Source of the DNA: an uncultured Lachnospiraceae bacterium
GTDB lineage: Bacteria; Bacillota; Clostridia; Lachnospirales; Lachnospiraceae
Reading direction: 5' to 3'
Assembly: GCA_947627645.1 (NCBI GenBank)
Contig: CANQWV010000001.1
Location: forward strand, 9,367 to 73,366
Length of the DNA: 64,000 nt
Positions 9,455 through 18,938 of this stretch are shown here, in pieces (the stretch's first letter is position 1; every line of letters starts with the position of its first letter). The position numbers and the translations under genes are program-made. The notes under the pieces are model-generated. The model did no database searches. It saw only the letters and a program-made list of their open reading frames with translations, and had not been told where the DNA came from.

Positions 9455-12400
9455 TCACTCACCTATGTACTCTTCCAGTTTATCGTCTACTTCCGCCCTG
9501 GTTCCCATCATCTGGAAGAAAGTAAAACGAGAAAACAGATAGTGCGTCTCGTCCGTATTCCTCAAAACATTCAGCTCCTTAAGTTCTTCCATAAGAGCCT
9601 CGAGCTTCGTGTCCTCCAGATGCGCGATCTTCGCAATCTCCAGCTCAGAACCCACATTTTTAATATCAGCCGCTGAATACCCTTCGTTATACCCATTGTT
9701 GTGGTACAGGAAAGCCATAAGGAGCGCGATCAGATAATAATAATTATCCTCGTCCAGCTTCAGGGTGATCGTATACTTCTGGCGGATCTGCTGCGTGAAC
9801 TCAGGATCCGCGAGAACCTTCTTTATATGTTCCTCGCTGATCTCATAGATCGGTGTATTGACCTCGTCATAATTTGCATAGTCTTTCTTGCGCATCGTAT
9901 TGATCAGCTTCGCACAGTACATCTGGATCAGCCCCGGGAAATAGTTTGTGGTCGCCAGGATCAGTGTGATCAGGGATTCCTTCTCCTTCGAAAATCTCAG
10001 TCCAAGATAATGCAGCGGGATTTCCATCAGCTCGCGGGCCTCAGCCGTGTTAAACGGTTTCACCGTCATCGAAGTAAGATGCGTAAGTACGCTGTTGTTG
10101 CCCAGCGCTTCCCGCTTAAACCGCACGATATTCCTCAGGCCTGCAATAACAAATTTAAACCTTCCCGCTCCGATGCCCTGGATGTCCTTCATCGCGTCAA
10201 ACGGCTGGTAATTGACTGCCGCACAGCTGTCGATAAACACATCCGCCTCATCCAGCAGCAAAAGCAGGTAAGGAATCCTGTCATTCTCAGCCTGCAGGCG
10301 GCGTTTTACCGCACGTGCAAGCTCGTCCCAATCCTCCGTGTCAATATCACAGTCCAGGACTTTCGCGTCATAAAGCTCATGGCCGATCTTTCTTGCCGCC
10401 CTCTTGTAATTCAGCTCCTTGACGTCAACCAGGACCGCACGGTTTCCATTCTCATCCCAGTCAATGTCCTCCTTTGCCTTCTTCAGCAATGCGGATTTGC
10501 CAAGCTGGCGGCCGCCGTAGACGATATTGACCCCTGTCGGGGACTTAATCTTTTCCAGCTCCCGCTTACGTCCCATGAAAATCTCAGGCGGCATTACATT
10601 TGCGGATTCCCAGACATAAGGCTGATAGTATCCAAACGGGGTAATGAGGGAGACCAGCATTTTGTTCATTTTGGTCTCGTCGTAATTGCGGACCAAAAAC
10701 ATCATGACAGCCCGGTCGACAACCGCCAGAAGCTTATCTCCCAGCTCGTTCTTCGTCTTACGCGCCAGTCTGCGGCGTTCACTCATCGGCAATGCATTAT
10801 CATAGAGAATAAGGGTATGCTTTGCATTGCCAATCTGCTTCATGATCTCAATCAGCGAATCTGCGTCGTACACGCCGTTAATACAGACCACACGGAATCC
10901 ATCCAGCGCCGCGCCGGAACCAAACGCAGCGATCGGATGCGTATAGTTGTCCCTTTGCCCGCCCCTGGGCTTTTCCGTCAGAACCGCAAAATGCTCAAAT
11001 TTTCCGATCGCCGGCTGCTCTTTTATGCTTGCAACCTTGAATCCCAGGCAGCTGAGCAGATTTTCGAGCCGCGCCGCGCCAAGCCTGCTTCCGCCCGGAA
11101 GCCAGTTGTCCGCCAGCCTTTTTGCGCCTCTCTGCTCCTTATTCTTCGTCCGGCTGCTGATCAGGGTCGCAAAAGAGGTATTCCGCATCGCAACGGGCTG
11201 ATAGTAATCATCATAGTTATCAAGAAACTCCTTCAGGAAATCATTTTCAATAAGCTCCTCATGCTCTTCCTCCAAACTATCCGAGCGCGCAAGCAGATCC
11301 TCCGCTACCGTATAGTTTTGCTCGTCGATCATAGTGCGGATCTGGTTCACCCGCTTTTCCTTGCCTTCTGCGGAAAGCCCCGGAACCGCGGTTACTTTAA
11401 AGCTCTCTAACTGTTTCAGCAGGGCCTTTTCCCTCGTCTTTGCCTCTTCCTTTATCTCGGCGAGATAACCGTCCATCACGCGCTTAAAAAAGCCGTAATT
11501 TGACGTCTCGACCGCCCACTCATACCATTCGTCAACGATCTGGAGGATTTTTTCTTTCTTGTCCTCCACGGAATTATCGATCTGCCCATAGCTCTGCGCC
11601 AGCTCAAGGTTGCCGATAAAATCATCCTTGCGGATGTCCGCCGTCTCTTTCGCGTACACCTCTCCGGTCTCGATCGTTGCAGAGACATCCGCCCATTCAT
11701 CTGACGGCTCCTTTGCCATCAGATAATTGACGATCAGTCTTGCCTCGCCGTAGTCGTCTCCCTTATCGGCCAGGATCGCCTCCAGGCGCTCGCGGTACGT
11801 ACACGTTTTCTTCCGCAGCTTCCCGACATGGTTCAGAATGCGTACCGTCGGGCACAATGACTGCATGGTGGAAGAATGCAGTTCAAAATCGGGGAAATAA
11901 TCCTCGTTGAGCATGATGTCATCCGTAAGCAGAAACTTAGCATAGAAATATTTTCTGTTGTCTTCCGCATAGGAGCCTTCGATACACTCCAGGATTTCGT
12001 CTAATGTATAGCATAACACGCGAAGACCGGCCTCTTCCTGCGCGGACGTCGCCTCATCCATGTATACGTCACGTATACTCTGGATCGCGGCATTCAGGTT
12101 GTCAATTAAGGGCTTACGGTTTTTCTTGTAATCCAGGTCTCCCTCGTCCTCCGTGCGGTTACTGATCCTGTTTACCAGATCGCACCACTTTGCAAGCAGC
12201 TGTACCGCTTTTGTGGTAGTACTGATAATATTGCTTCTCAAATGACTCATCAGATCCGCGCGGCGGCGGTACACCATCAGCGTGCCTGCCTTATCCCAGT
12301 ATTCTGTGATATAAGCCCAGAGCTTATCGCCGTCAATCGTATCCTCGGCGATCGTACTGTCTTCCTTATAGAAACGTTCCCGAAGGAAATCCAGGGCTAA

Positions 12401-15187
12401 CGGCTGCATATCATTGTCTCCATCGACAATGGCCTTGATAAACTGGCCGAAATCGCTGTTGACAGAAAAGATCATCTTTTTTGTCTCCAGAAATCTCTTC
12501 TGGCTGGCTCTTTCCTTTTTTCTCCCTGTGACAAAATTGTCATAGAAAATGCGCGCCTCCTGCTGAAGGTTCTTCAGCTCCCGCTCCAGCTCAGCTTTGC
12601 TTCTCGAGCGATAATCTGCATATACATCCATTCCCTTCTGATGGTCGTCCTTAAATTTCATCAGGGTATAGACCACGTTGCCCAGCGCCGGATAATCGTT
12701 CAGCAGCGCGTACTCCTTAATTCCGCTGTAATAAGACTTGATGTCGTAATCATAGCGGTTCTGATTGGAAAAGAAGGTTCTGACTGCTGTCGAGATCACC
12801 AACGCATCCTCAAATTCGCCTTTCTTGTCAATCAGCATAAACGCACGGTTCGTAGAATAACTGCAACGTCCCATCGGGTCGTTTACCGCGTTTGCCAGCT
12901 GGTCGTAAAACAGCGTGTGCTCCGGATGCTGCAGGGAAAATGCCCTGGCATAAGCGGTGGCCGCATATAGACTGCCGGCATTGATCAGCGCAATTACGTC
13001 GTCTTTGATATTTTCCGTATTCGAAACAGCAGCAGCCTTCGAATCGTCGTCGGCAGCCATTTCCCGCAGCGATACGGCCGCTTCCTTCGTGTCCGGCTCT
13101 TTTTGCGCGGTACCCGTCCCATCTGCAGCCGCTTCCACGGCCGCCGCCTCATCTGCAGCCGCTTCCACGGCCGCCGTCTCATCTGCAGCCGCTTCCACGG
13201 CCGCCGTCTCATCTGCTACCGCTTCCACAGCCGCCGTCTCATCCGCCGCCGCTTCCACAGCCGCCGTCCCGTCTGCCGTCGCTTCAACAGCCACAGCCTC
13301 ATCTGCAGCCGCTTCCACAGCCGCCGTCTCATCTGCAGCTGCTTCCAAGCCTGAGGCTTCTTCCGGGATCATCTCTGATGAAATGGACGCCGCGGCCTCC
13401 AGATACGCAGGATCCACCGCATCTGCTCCGATCCCATCCGAATAATCGTAATAGCTGCTATCTGTCATGCTGTATAAGTACGTCTTTTCAGAGGATAGCA
13501 GGCTTCCGGTTTCCTCAAGCATGATCTGGGCAAGAGCCCTCGCTTTTTCCCGGTCATAGGCGGCGAAAATCGTATTCTTTATGGGAATCTCTTTTTCCAG
13601 GATTTCCCGCATCCGCTCCAGACAGCTGTCGCACTCCTCCACGCTATCCCAGACCGCGCCTATGATTACATCGCACTTGACGTTTTCCTCTTCAGGCGGA
13701 GAAACTCTTAAGAAAAAGCAGTCCGTAAATATGTATCTGCTCTCGGACACCTCAGGAAATCCTGCGTCTTTAAAACGCTGAATGCTGTCGCAGTACAGTT
13801 CTCCGTACAGTATTCTGCATGCGGCGCTCGTCGCTTTATCCTCTATGTCCTCTCCCCAGTCTTCCTTTGTCTGCTGTGCAATGCCAATTCTTTTCGCCGC
13901 GTCACGGTATGACAAGGCCGTCATCAGCCGTGGCGAGGCGCAATAAAACTCTCCGCCCGGAACAAGCCTGTACCTTCTCAGATATCCCTTGTGCTGAAGA
14001 AAGCTCAGAGTTCCTTCCGCAATCTTTTCCGGCATTCCCCGCAAAAGATGCAAAGTTCTCATCAAAACGACATTATCAGACACTGCGTTCTTCAGGATTA
14101 TCCTCAGCGCCCTTTCGTTTACATTTCTAATCTCATTCTTAAACACGCTGGACGATATTTTTTTCCCTTCATTCGCACTGATATCCCTGGTCAAAAAGCC
14201 GATATTGGCCGATGGATCCAGAAGAAGTGCCGAGGCTTCGATTTTTTTGACAAAGTCCGACGGCCCTTCCTCCACGGCCTCTGCCCCAGTTCCCTCTTCT
14301 TCCGTATGAGTTTCCTCTGTGCAGGCCTCCTCCGCAGATACCTCTGCTGCAGGAATCTCCTCCGCGGGCAGCTCCCCCGTGCGAGCCTCCCCTGTATAGG
14401 CCTCCTCCGCAGATACCTCTGCTGCAGGTGCTTCCTCTTCACACACTTCCTGCATATACGCTGCTTCTGTTTGTTCTTTTCCTGCCGCATCGGCGTCCGG
14501 GGACTTTGCCGCCTCTGCCTTCCCCTCCGCATCCGCAGCCGTATCTCCAATCCTCTGCACCTGCTTCTCATCAGAAAAATCTTCTTTTTCAGGGAGAACA
14601 TACTTTTTCGCAGCCAAACCATTCTGAATCCGGCGCGGATAGAATTCACTCACCAGATCCAGAAGATCCATGCCTTCGTCAGAGTCGATATCCTCGCAGG
14701 TCAATGCTCTCATGAAGGCCTCAGGCCCCGCCGCTTCCTGTTCAAGCTCTTCCTGTTCCGGCATTTTCTCCCCGGAAATATGGAAGATCATCGCTTTCGC
14801 CTGTTCCTGGAACGGCTGCAGCGCCTTGGCGTATGGATTGACCATAGACTGTACGGACACAAAATCCTCCAGTATTCCCCTGACCTCTTCCAGCCGTTTC
14901 TTATAGCGCACAAGACTGCTTTTTCTGACTGCCTCGACGTATTCTGCGGCAGGCATACCCTCTTTTGGCATCTCTTCCTCAGAGACCTGCTCCACTGCCA
15001 GGGAGTAAATGGAATCATATTTCTGCCGCAAAGCATCGATAATACCGCCGAATTTTTCTTCATCTGCTTTTGCAGGAACCTTTCCCTCAGAAATATCAGC
15101 AAGCATTCCCTGAAGTAAGCCTGTGAATTCTCTGGCTCCTGTGTCAAACTCAGCGAATAGTTCCTCTATCTTTTTATCTAAATTCAT
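9455..15187 (-). CDS. Giant (~1910 aa) protein with a C-terminal STAND-like P-loop ATPase
   Basis: GGAGG RBS before ATG 15187; PPEIFMGRKREL pre-Walker motif, Walker A YGGRQLGKS, Walker B LLLLLDEAD, TTNYFPGLIQ (GxP-like) and a winged-helix-like tail; long helical/acidic N-terminus. Confidence 0.85.
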   Translation of the reverse strand: MNLDKKIEELFAEFDTGAREFTGLLQGMLADISEGKVPAKADEEKFGGIIDALRQKYDSIYSLAVEQVSEEEMPKEGMPAAEYVEAVRKSSLVRYKKRLEEVRGILEDFVSVQSMVNPYAKALQPFQEQAKAMIFHISGEKMPEQEELEQEAAGPEAFMRALTCEDIDSDEGMDLLDLVSEFYPRRIQNGLAAKKYVLPEKEDFSDEKQVQRIGDTAADAEGKAEAAKSPDADAAGKEQTEAAYMQEVCEEEAPAAEVSAEEAYTGEARTGELPAEEIPAAEVSAEEACTEETHTEEEGTGAEAVEEGPSDFVKKIEASALLLDPSANIGFLTRDISANEGKKISSSVFKNEIRNVNERALRIILKNAVSDNVVLMRTLHLLRGMPEKIAEGTLSFLQHKGYLRRYRLVPGGEFYCASPRLMTALSYRDAAKRIGIAQQTKEDWGEDIEDKATSAACRILYGELYCDSIQRFKDAGFPEVSESRYIFTDCFFLRVSPPEEENVKCDVIIGAVWDSVEECDSCLERMREILEKEIPIKNTIFAAYDREKARALAQIMLEETGSLLSSEKTYLYSMTDSSYYDYSDGIGADAVDPAYLEAAASISSEMIPEEASGLEAAADETAAVEAAADEAVAVEATADGTAAVEAAADETAAVEAVADETAAVEAAADETAAVEAAADEAAAVEAAADGTGTAQKEPDTKEAAVSLREMAADDDSKAAAVSNTENIKDDVIALINAGSLYAATAYARAFSLQHPEHTLFYDQLANAVNDPMGRCSYSTNRAFMLIDKKGEFEDALVISTAVRTFFSNQNRYDYDIKSYYSGIKEYALLNDYPALGNVVYTLMKFKDDHQKGMDVYADYRSRSKAELERELKNLQQEARIFYDNFVTGRKKERASQKRFLETKKMIFSVNSDFGQFIKAIVDGDNDMQPLALDFLRERFYKEDSTIAEDTIDGDKLWAYITEYWDKAGTLMVYRRRADLMSHLRSNIISTTTKAVQLLAKWCDLVNRISNRTEDEGDLDYKKNRKPLIDNLNAAIQSIRDVYMDEATSAQEEAGLRVLCYTLDEILECIEGSYAEDNRKYFYAKFLLTDDIMLNEDYFPDFELHSSTMQSLCPTVRILNHVGKLRKKTCTYRERLEAILADKGDDYGEARLIVNYLMAKEPSDEWADVSATIETGEVYAKETADIRKDDFIGNLELAQSYGQIDNSVEDKKEKILQIVDEWYEWAVETSNYGFFKRVMDGYLAEIKEEAKTREKALLKQLESFKVTAVPGLSAEGKEKRVNQIRTMIDEQNYTVAEDLLARSDSLEEEHEELIENDFLKEFLDNYDDYYQPVAMRNTSFATLISSRTKNKEQRGAKRLADNWLPGGSRLGAARLENLLSCLGFKVASIKEQPAIGKFEHFAVLTEKPRGGQRDNYTHPIAAFGSGAALDGFRVVCINGVYDADSLIEIMKQIGNAKHTLILYDNALPMSERRRLARKTKNELGDKLLAVVDRAVMMFLVRNYDETKMNKMLVSLITPFGYYQPYVWESANVMPPEIFMGRKRELEKIKSPTGVNIVYGGRQLGKSALLKKAKEDIDWDENGNRAVLVDVKELNYKRAARKIGHELYDAKVLDCDIDTEDWDELARAVKRRLQAENDRIPYLLLLLDEADVFIDSCAAVNYQPFDAMKDIQGIGAGRFKFVIAGLRNIVRFKREALGNNSVLTHLTSMTVKPFNTAEARELMEIPLHYLGLRFSKEKESLITLILATTNYFPGLIQMYCAKLINTMRKKDYANYDEVNTPIYEISEEHIKKVLADPEFTQQIRQKYTITLKLDEDNYYYLIALLMAFLYHNNGYNEGYSAADIKNVGSELEIAKIAHLEDTKLEALMEELKELNVLRNTDETHYLFSRFTFFQMMGTRAEVDDKLEEYIGE
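13121..13347. repeat. In-frame 30-bp tandem repeat (~7.5 copies) encoding AAADETAAVE
   Basis: Units atctgcagccgcttccacggccgccgtctc start at 13121, 13151, 13181, 13211, 13241, 13271, 13301 and 13331 (partial), with some substitutions. Confidence 0.95.
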
Positions 15188-15659
15188 TTTCGTGATCCTC
15201 CGTCTGATCATAACCGTTCAGCTTTTCTTCTTCCGGCGCTCCGTCGGCGCAGCATATTTTCCGGCAGGAGACTTGCCGACTGCCTTCGCAGTTCTTCACC
15301 AGCTCCTCCTTCTGCGTCCGTTTCAGCTGTTTGATCTCCCACTCACGGCGCATGGCCTCTTCTTTCGTCCCAAATTCCTCATAGTAAGCCAGCTTCACCG
15401 GAAGCCTGCTCCTCGTATATTTACCGCCGCGCCCTTCGTTGTGGGTCTGCAGCCGCCTTTCGAGGTCATTCGTCCAGCCAGTGTAGAGCGAGCCGTCGCC
15501 GCAGCGCAGGACATAGGTGTAATTTCTTTTGCCCTTCCCTTGTCCTATGCTCATTTTATTCCTGTTTCCCCCTATTTTTTCACTTGATTCTTCACCTGCG
15601 TCTTCGCTCATCTGCTCACCTGCCTCTTTGAATTGATTTTCCATATTGGTTTCTTTCAT
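15174..15659 (-). CDS. GIY-YIG nuclease (UPF0213/YazA family)
   Basis: YTYVLRCGDGSLYTGWTNDLERRLQTHNEGRGGKYTRSR...EAMRREWEIK; exact start uncertain. Confidence 0.88.
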   Translation of the reverse strand: MKETNMENQFKEAGEQMSEDAGEESSEKIGGNRNKMSIGQGKGKRNYTYVLRCGDGSLYTGWTNDLERRLQTHNEGRGGKYTRSRLPVKLAYYEEFGTKEEAMRREWEIKQLKRTQKEELVKNCEGSRQVSCRKICCADGAPEEEKLNGYDQTEDHENEFR

Positions 15660-15689
15660 CCCTTATTGTTAGAATATCTCTTTCTAATC

Positions 15690-15750
15690 AAATTGTAAAG
15701 ACGATTCCTTCAAAATAAAGGCAGTTGCCCCGACACAATATCCTCTGTCC
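15690..15750 (-). repeat. Copy 1 of a 61-bp direct repeat containing a putative promoter
   Basis: Matches 17227-17287 with 3 mismatches (first 46 bp identical); the minus strand reads TTTATT...TACAAT. Confidence 0.9.
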
Positions 15751-15889
15751 GGAAATTTGACAGTTGAATATTTTCAAGTTTTTCTTACTACTTTTTCATA
15801 TTAAAAACAGCTTCTGCATATAAACTGATTGCAAAAGTCGCTATTCAAAATATATTTCCCGGAAAAGTCGATATATACCGTCTGATCCG

Positions 15890-17116
15890 TCACAGCACAT
15901 TGCAGGGAATGAAGCAATTCTTCGCATCGATCGGAATCACATCTTCGCACATACAGACAATGCCTCCACCCGCCTGCGTGAGTCCGGTCTGGCCGAGCAG
16001 TTCATATTTTCTGACCTCGCGGCGGTCGGGATTTGCAGATTTCTTAATCTCGAGCGGATGAATGACCCCATTCTCCTCCACAAAGACATCAATCTCTTTC
16101 GCATTCGAATCCCGATAGTAGGAGAGGTTTGCCCTGGCAGGCGCGTACGCATAATTCTTCAGAAGCTCGATCACCACATAATTTTCAAAATAATGACCGC
16201 TGGCCGCCCCGTTCATCAATGTATCTCTGGTAAGCCACATGGACAGATATGCACATAGACCTGTATCGCAAAAATACAGCTTCGGCGTCTTCACGAGACG
16301 TTTGAGCGCATTGTTGGCATAAGCGGGCAGCAAATATACAATCCCCAATCCCTGCAAAAGCCGGAGCCATTCCTTTGCCGTAGGCTGCGAAATCTCCGCC
16401 GCCTCCGACAGCTTCTTATAATTCACAGGTTCCGCGGTCAAAGCTGCGCAGGCATTTAAAAACATACGAAAACGCAAGATATCTGTGATGCCGCCCTCCT
16501 CGGATACATCCCGCATAAGATATGTCTCAATATAAGAATTAAAATATTCCTGCCTCTGCTCCGCATCTGCCGATAACACCGCTGGCATTCCGCCGCGCCA
16601 GATATGGTCAAACACATCAATAATATTGTTTTTCCTCACAAGAGCCTGTCTTGCCTGCAGACAGGGCAGCGAAAAATCAAGCACATTCGGAAAAGAAATT
16701 CCCTCCGCCTCAGCTCCGGAAAGACTGTAAAGCTCCAGAATTCCAACCCTTCCCGCCAGAGTTTCCCGGACATTCTCCATCATCTTATACTGCTGCGATC
16801 CGGTCAGCCAGAACAAACCCTTTTCCTCGCTCTCATCGCAGATGATCTTGATCTGCTCAAACAGCTCCGGCGCTTTCTGTATCTCATCAATGATGATCGG
16901 CGGCCGGTATGTCTGAAAGAACAGTACCGGGTCGGACTTCGCCAGCATACGGGTCATCGCATTATCCATCGAAACGTACGTGCGGTTCTGTCCCTCGGCC
17001 AGATGCTTCAGCATGGTCGTTTTCCCAACCTGTCTTGCTCCGGTCACAAGAACCGCCTTAAAAAAGGAGTTCATATGAAGGAACTTGCGCTCCAGCGCAC
17101 GTTTTATATAGTTCAT
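15890..17116 (-). CDS. AAA_14 ATPase with C-terminal DUF4143 (restriction-endonuclease-like) domain
   Basis: TGARQVGKTT, IIIDEIQKAP, LTGSQ, LAGR, KTPKLYFCDTGL, FENYV, EIDVF...PLEIKKS. Confidence 0.9.
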   Translation of the reverse strand: MNYIKRALERKFLHMNSFFKAVLVTGARQVGKTTMLKHLAEGQNRTYVSMDNAMTRMLAKSDPVLFFQTYRPPIIIDEIQKAPELFEQIKIICDESEEKGLFWLTGSQQYKMMENVRETLAGRVGILELYSLSGAEAEGISFPNVLDFSLPCLQARQALVRKNNIIDVFDHIWRGGMPAVLSADAEQRQEYFNSYIETYLMRDVSEEGGITDILRFRMFLNACAALTAEPVNYKKLSEAAEISQPTAKEWLRLLQGLGIVYLLPAYANNALKRLVKTPKLYFCDTGLCAYLSMWLTRDTLMNGAASGHYFENYVVIELLKNYAYAPARANLSYYRDSNAKEIDVFVEENGVIHPLEIKKSANPDRREVRKYELLGQTGLTQAGGGIVCMCEDVIPIDAKNCFIPCNVL

Positions 17117-17226
17117 TTCAGTCCTCCGTTTAAGAAAATATAAAGTACACTTTATTTTATCCTAACATCGAAGTCCCGTCAAGAGAATTGCCGGCGGAAT
17201 AAGCGAATTCCCCTCAATTTCTGATT

Positions 17227-17287
17227 AAATTGTAAAGACGATTCCTTCAAAATAAAGGCAGTTGCCCCGACAGAATGTCCTCTGCCC
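17227..17287 (-). repeat. Copy 2 of the 61-bp direct repeat
   Basis: aaattgtaaagacgattccttcaaaataaaggcagttgccccgacagaatgtcctctgccc. Confidence 0.9.
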
Positions 17288-17772
17288 TGGCAGCTGCCTT
17301 TAAATGATCGCCGTCCCCATACCATTCTTAATCCGCGACCGCTTTCTATGTAATGGGATGGCGAACCATCCCTTGTATCTTGAAGCAACCGGCACAAGCT
17401 AGTACCTCACCCAGATAAATTGCAAACCACAAGTGAAACGCCGACTGCAGATTGTATACTATATTATACTCCTCATATTTTCTGCCGTGCAGGCTTTTTT
17501 CTTCCTGCACAAAAAATTCTGCTTTCCATCCATTCCGGCCAGAGCATTCATATGCCAAAACTGCACGCCTCCAGACACGAGAAGGACAGCAAAAACCTCT
17601 GCAGTCTGCGGCCACACCCGGGGATGCGCTGCTCTGCGTCATCCCATGTACTCTGTTGGTACCCTGTGCCAGGCTTCCTGCCGGGCCGTTTCAGGCAGTC
17701 TGTCCACCTGCCCTATTTCCTGATAAGCCCGCGGCCTCCTGCCCGGATACGGCGCCAAACCCAACGTGCCCC

Positions 17773-18693
17773 TTATTCCAGATACAGCACCGGATCAACC
17801 GCCGCGTCGTTCTGCGTCATGCCGAAGTAGAGGTTGCTGCCCTCCACGCTGTAGTATTTCGTCGGCTCGCTGACATACCCAAGCAGAGCGCCCGCGTCAA
17901 CGACATCGCCTTCCTTCACCGCAAGCTCCTTGAGCTGCCCGTAGGTGAGCTTGTATCCGTTGCCGATGTTCAGCACCAGCGTGATGCCGGTCTCATCCTC
18001 GACGCGGATCGTCTCGACGATCCCCTTCGCCGCTGCCAGTACCTGGTTGCCGACCTCGCTGCCGATGATCAGCGCCGGATTGTACTTGTACTGATCCAGC
18101 GTCGGGAAATACACGCTGCTGTCCATGCTGTAGTCGATCAGGATCGTGCCCGCGGACGGCCAAAGGAGAGAATCCTGCTCTGTGAAATTGACGCCCGCGT
18201 CGATCAGCGCCTGCTCGGAGATCACGCTCCCGGAAGCCGCCTCAGCCGCGTCCTCTGAATTTTCCTGCGTCACAGCTGCCTCTGCCGCATTGTCCGCGCC
18301 GGTTCCCTCAACCGCCTCGCTGCCTGTCACGCCGTCCGTGCCTTCCGCTTCGGATGTGTCACTCATGTCGGCATCCGTGCCTGCATCCATAGAGGGTGTA
18401 TCCTCTTCCACCTTGCTGCCGGACGCCTGCGCCATATCTTCCTCGTCATTGTCCTTGTCCAGCGTCGGAAACAACTCGTCCTCCGGATTCCCGTTTGCCG
18501 CGTCCTCGTCCAGATACGCCATCTGCCCCAGTTCGCTCTCCATCTGCGTTCCATTGTCCTTCGTCCTGCGCGCGCCGTTGAGCGCCGCGATCCCGCCCAG
18601 CACAAGAATGCCGGTGATGCAAAGGCTGAGCGTCCAGATACTGCTTCGTCTCGTGATGAAATTCTTGAAATTCTTAAAATCTCTCTTATTCAT
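17773..18693 (-). CDS. Membrane-anchored degenerate M23/LytM protein, SpoIIQ-like
   Basis: N-terminal TM helix, acidic linker, LytM fold (VLAAAKGIV...GNGYKLTYGQL...VKEGDVV...VDP) lacking the catalytic His residues; GAGGTG RBS before ATG 18693. Confidence 0.75.
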   Translation of the reverse strand: MNKRDFKNFKNFITRRSSIWTLSLCITGILVLGGIAALNGARRTKDNGTQMESELGQMAYLDEDAANGNPEDELFPTLDKDNDEEDMAQASGSKVEEDTPSMDAGTDADMSDTSEAEGTDGVTGSEAVEGTGADNAAEAAVTQENSEDAAEAASGSVISEQALIDAGVNFTEQDSLLWPSAGTILIDYSMDSSVYFPTLDQYKYNPALIIGSEVGNQVLAAAKGIVETIRVEDETGITLVLNIGNGYKLTYGQLKELAVKEGDVVDAGALLGYVSEPTKYYSVEGSNLYFGMTQNDAAVDPVLYLE

Positions 18694-18938
18694 GTCGTTC
18701 ACCTCGTCCATTAGATTCCTCTTCCCACGCAAAAGCGCGTCCCTGTTTCGGTTCACTGATAGGATTGCCAGAAAATCGAGGCTTATTCACAAAAAATAAT
18801 AAACTTGATTTTCCCTGTTTTTCTGTTATACTGTACGCGATATACGCAAAAGCAATGAGTCGTGCAAATACTTCGGAGCAGGAAAACCAAAGGTTTTCGA
18901 AGCTGAGCACGGCTCCACTGTATAAAGGAGGTTTCTGA

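Noticed and set aside
13121-13347. 30-bp repeats as a possible CRISPR array
   Set aside because: Units are contiguous with no spacers, are in frame within a CDS, and no cas genes are present.
15875-15887. Similarity of ATACCGTCTGAT to the Neisseria DNA uptake sequence ATGCCGTCTGAA
   Set aside because: Two mismatches, far too few copies for an uptake sequence, and the wrong lineage.
3941-17287. Prophage, ICE or transposon as the carrier of the candidate defence locus
   Set aside because: No integrase, transposase, relaxase or phage structural gene in the window.
17290-17770. Short ORFs or a pseudogene between the AAA cassette and the M23 gene
   Set aside because: No RBS-supported ORF with a recognisable motif; treated as intergenic.
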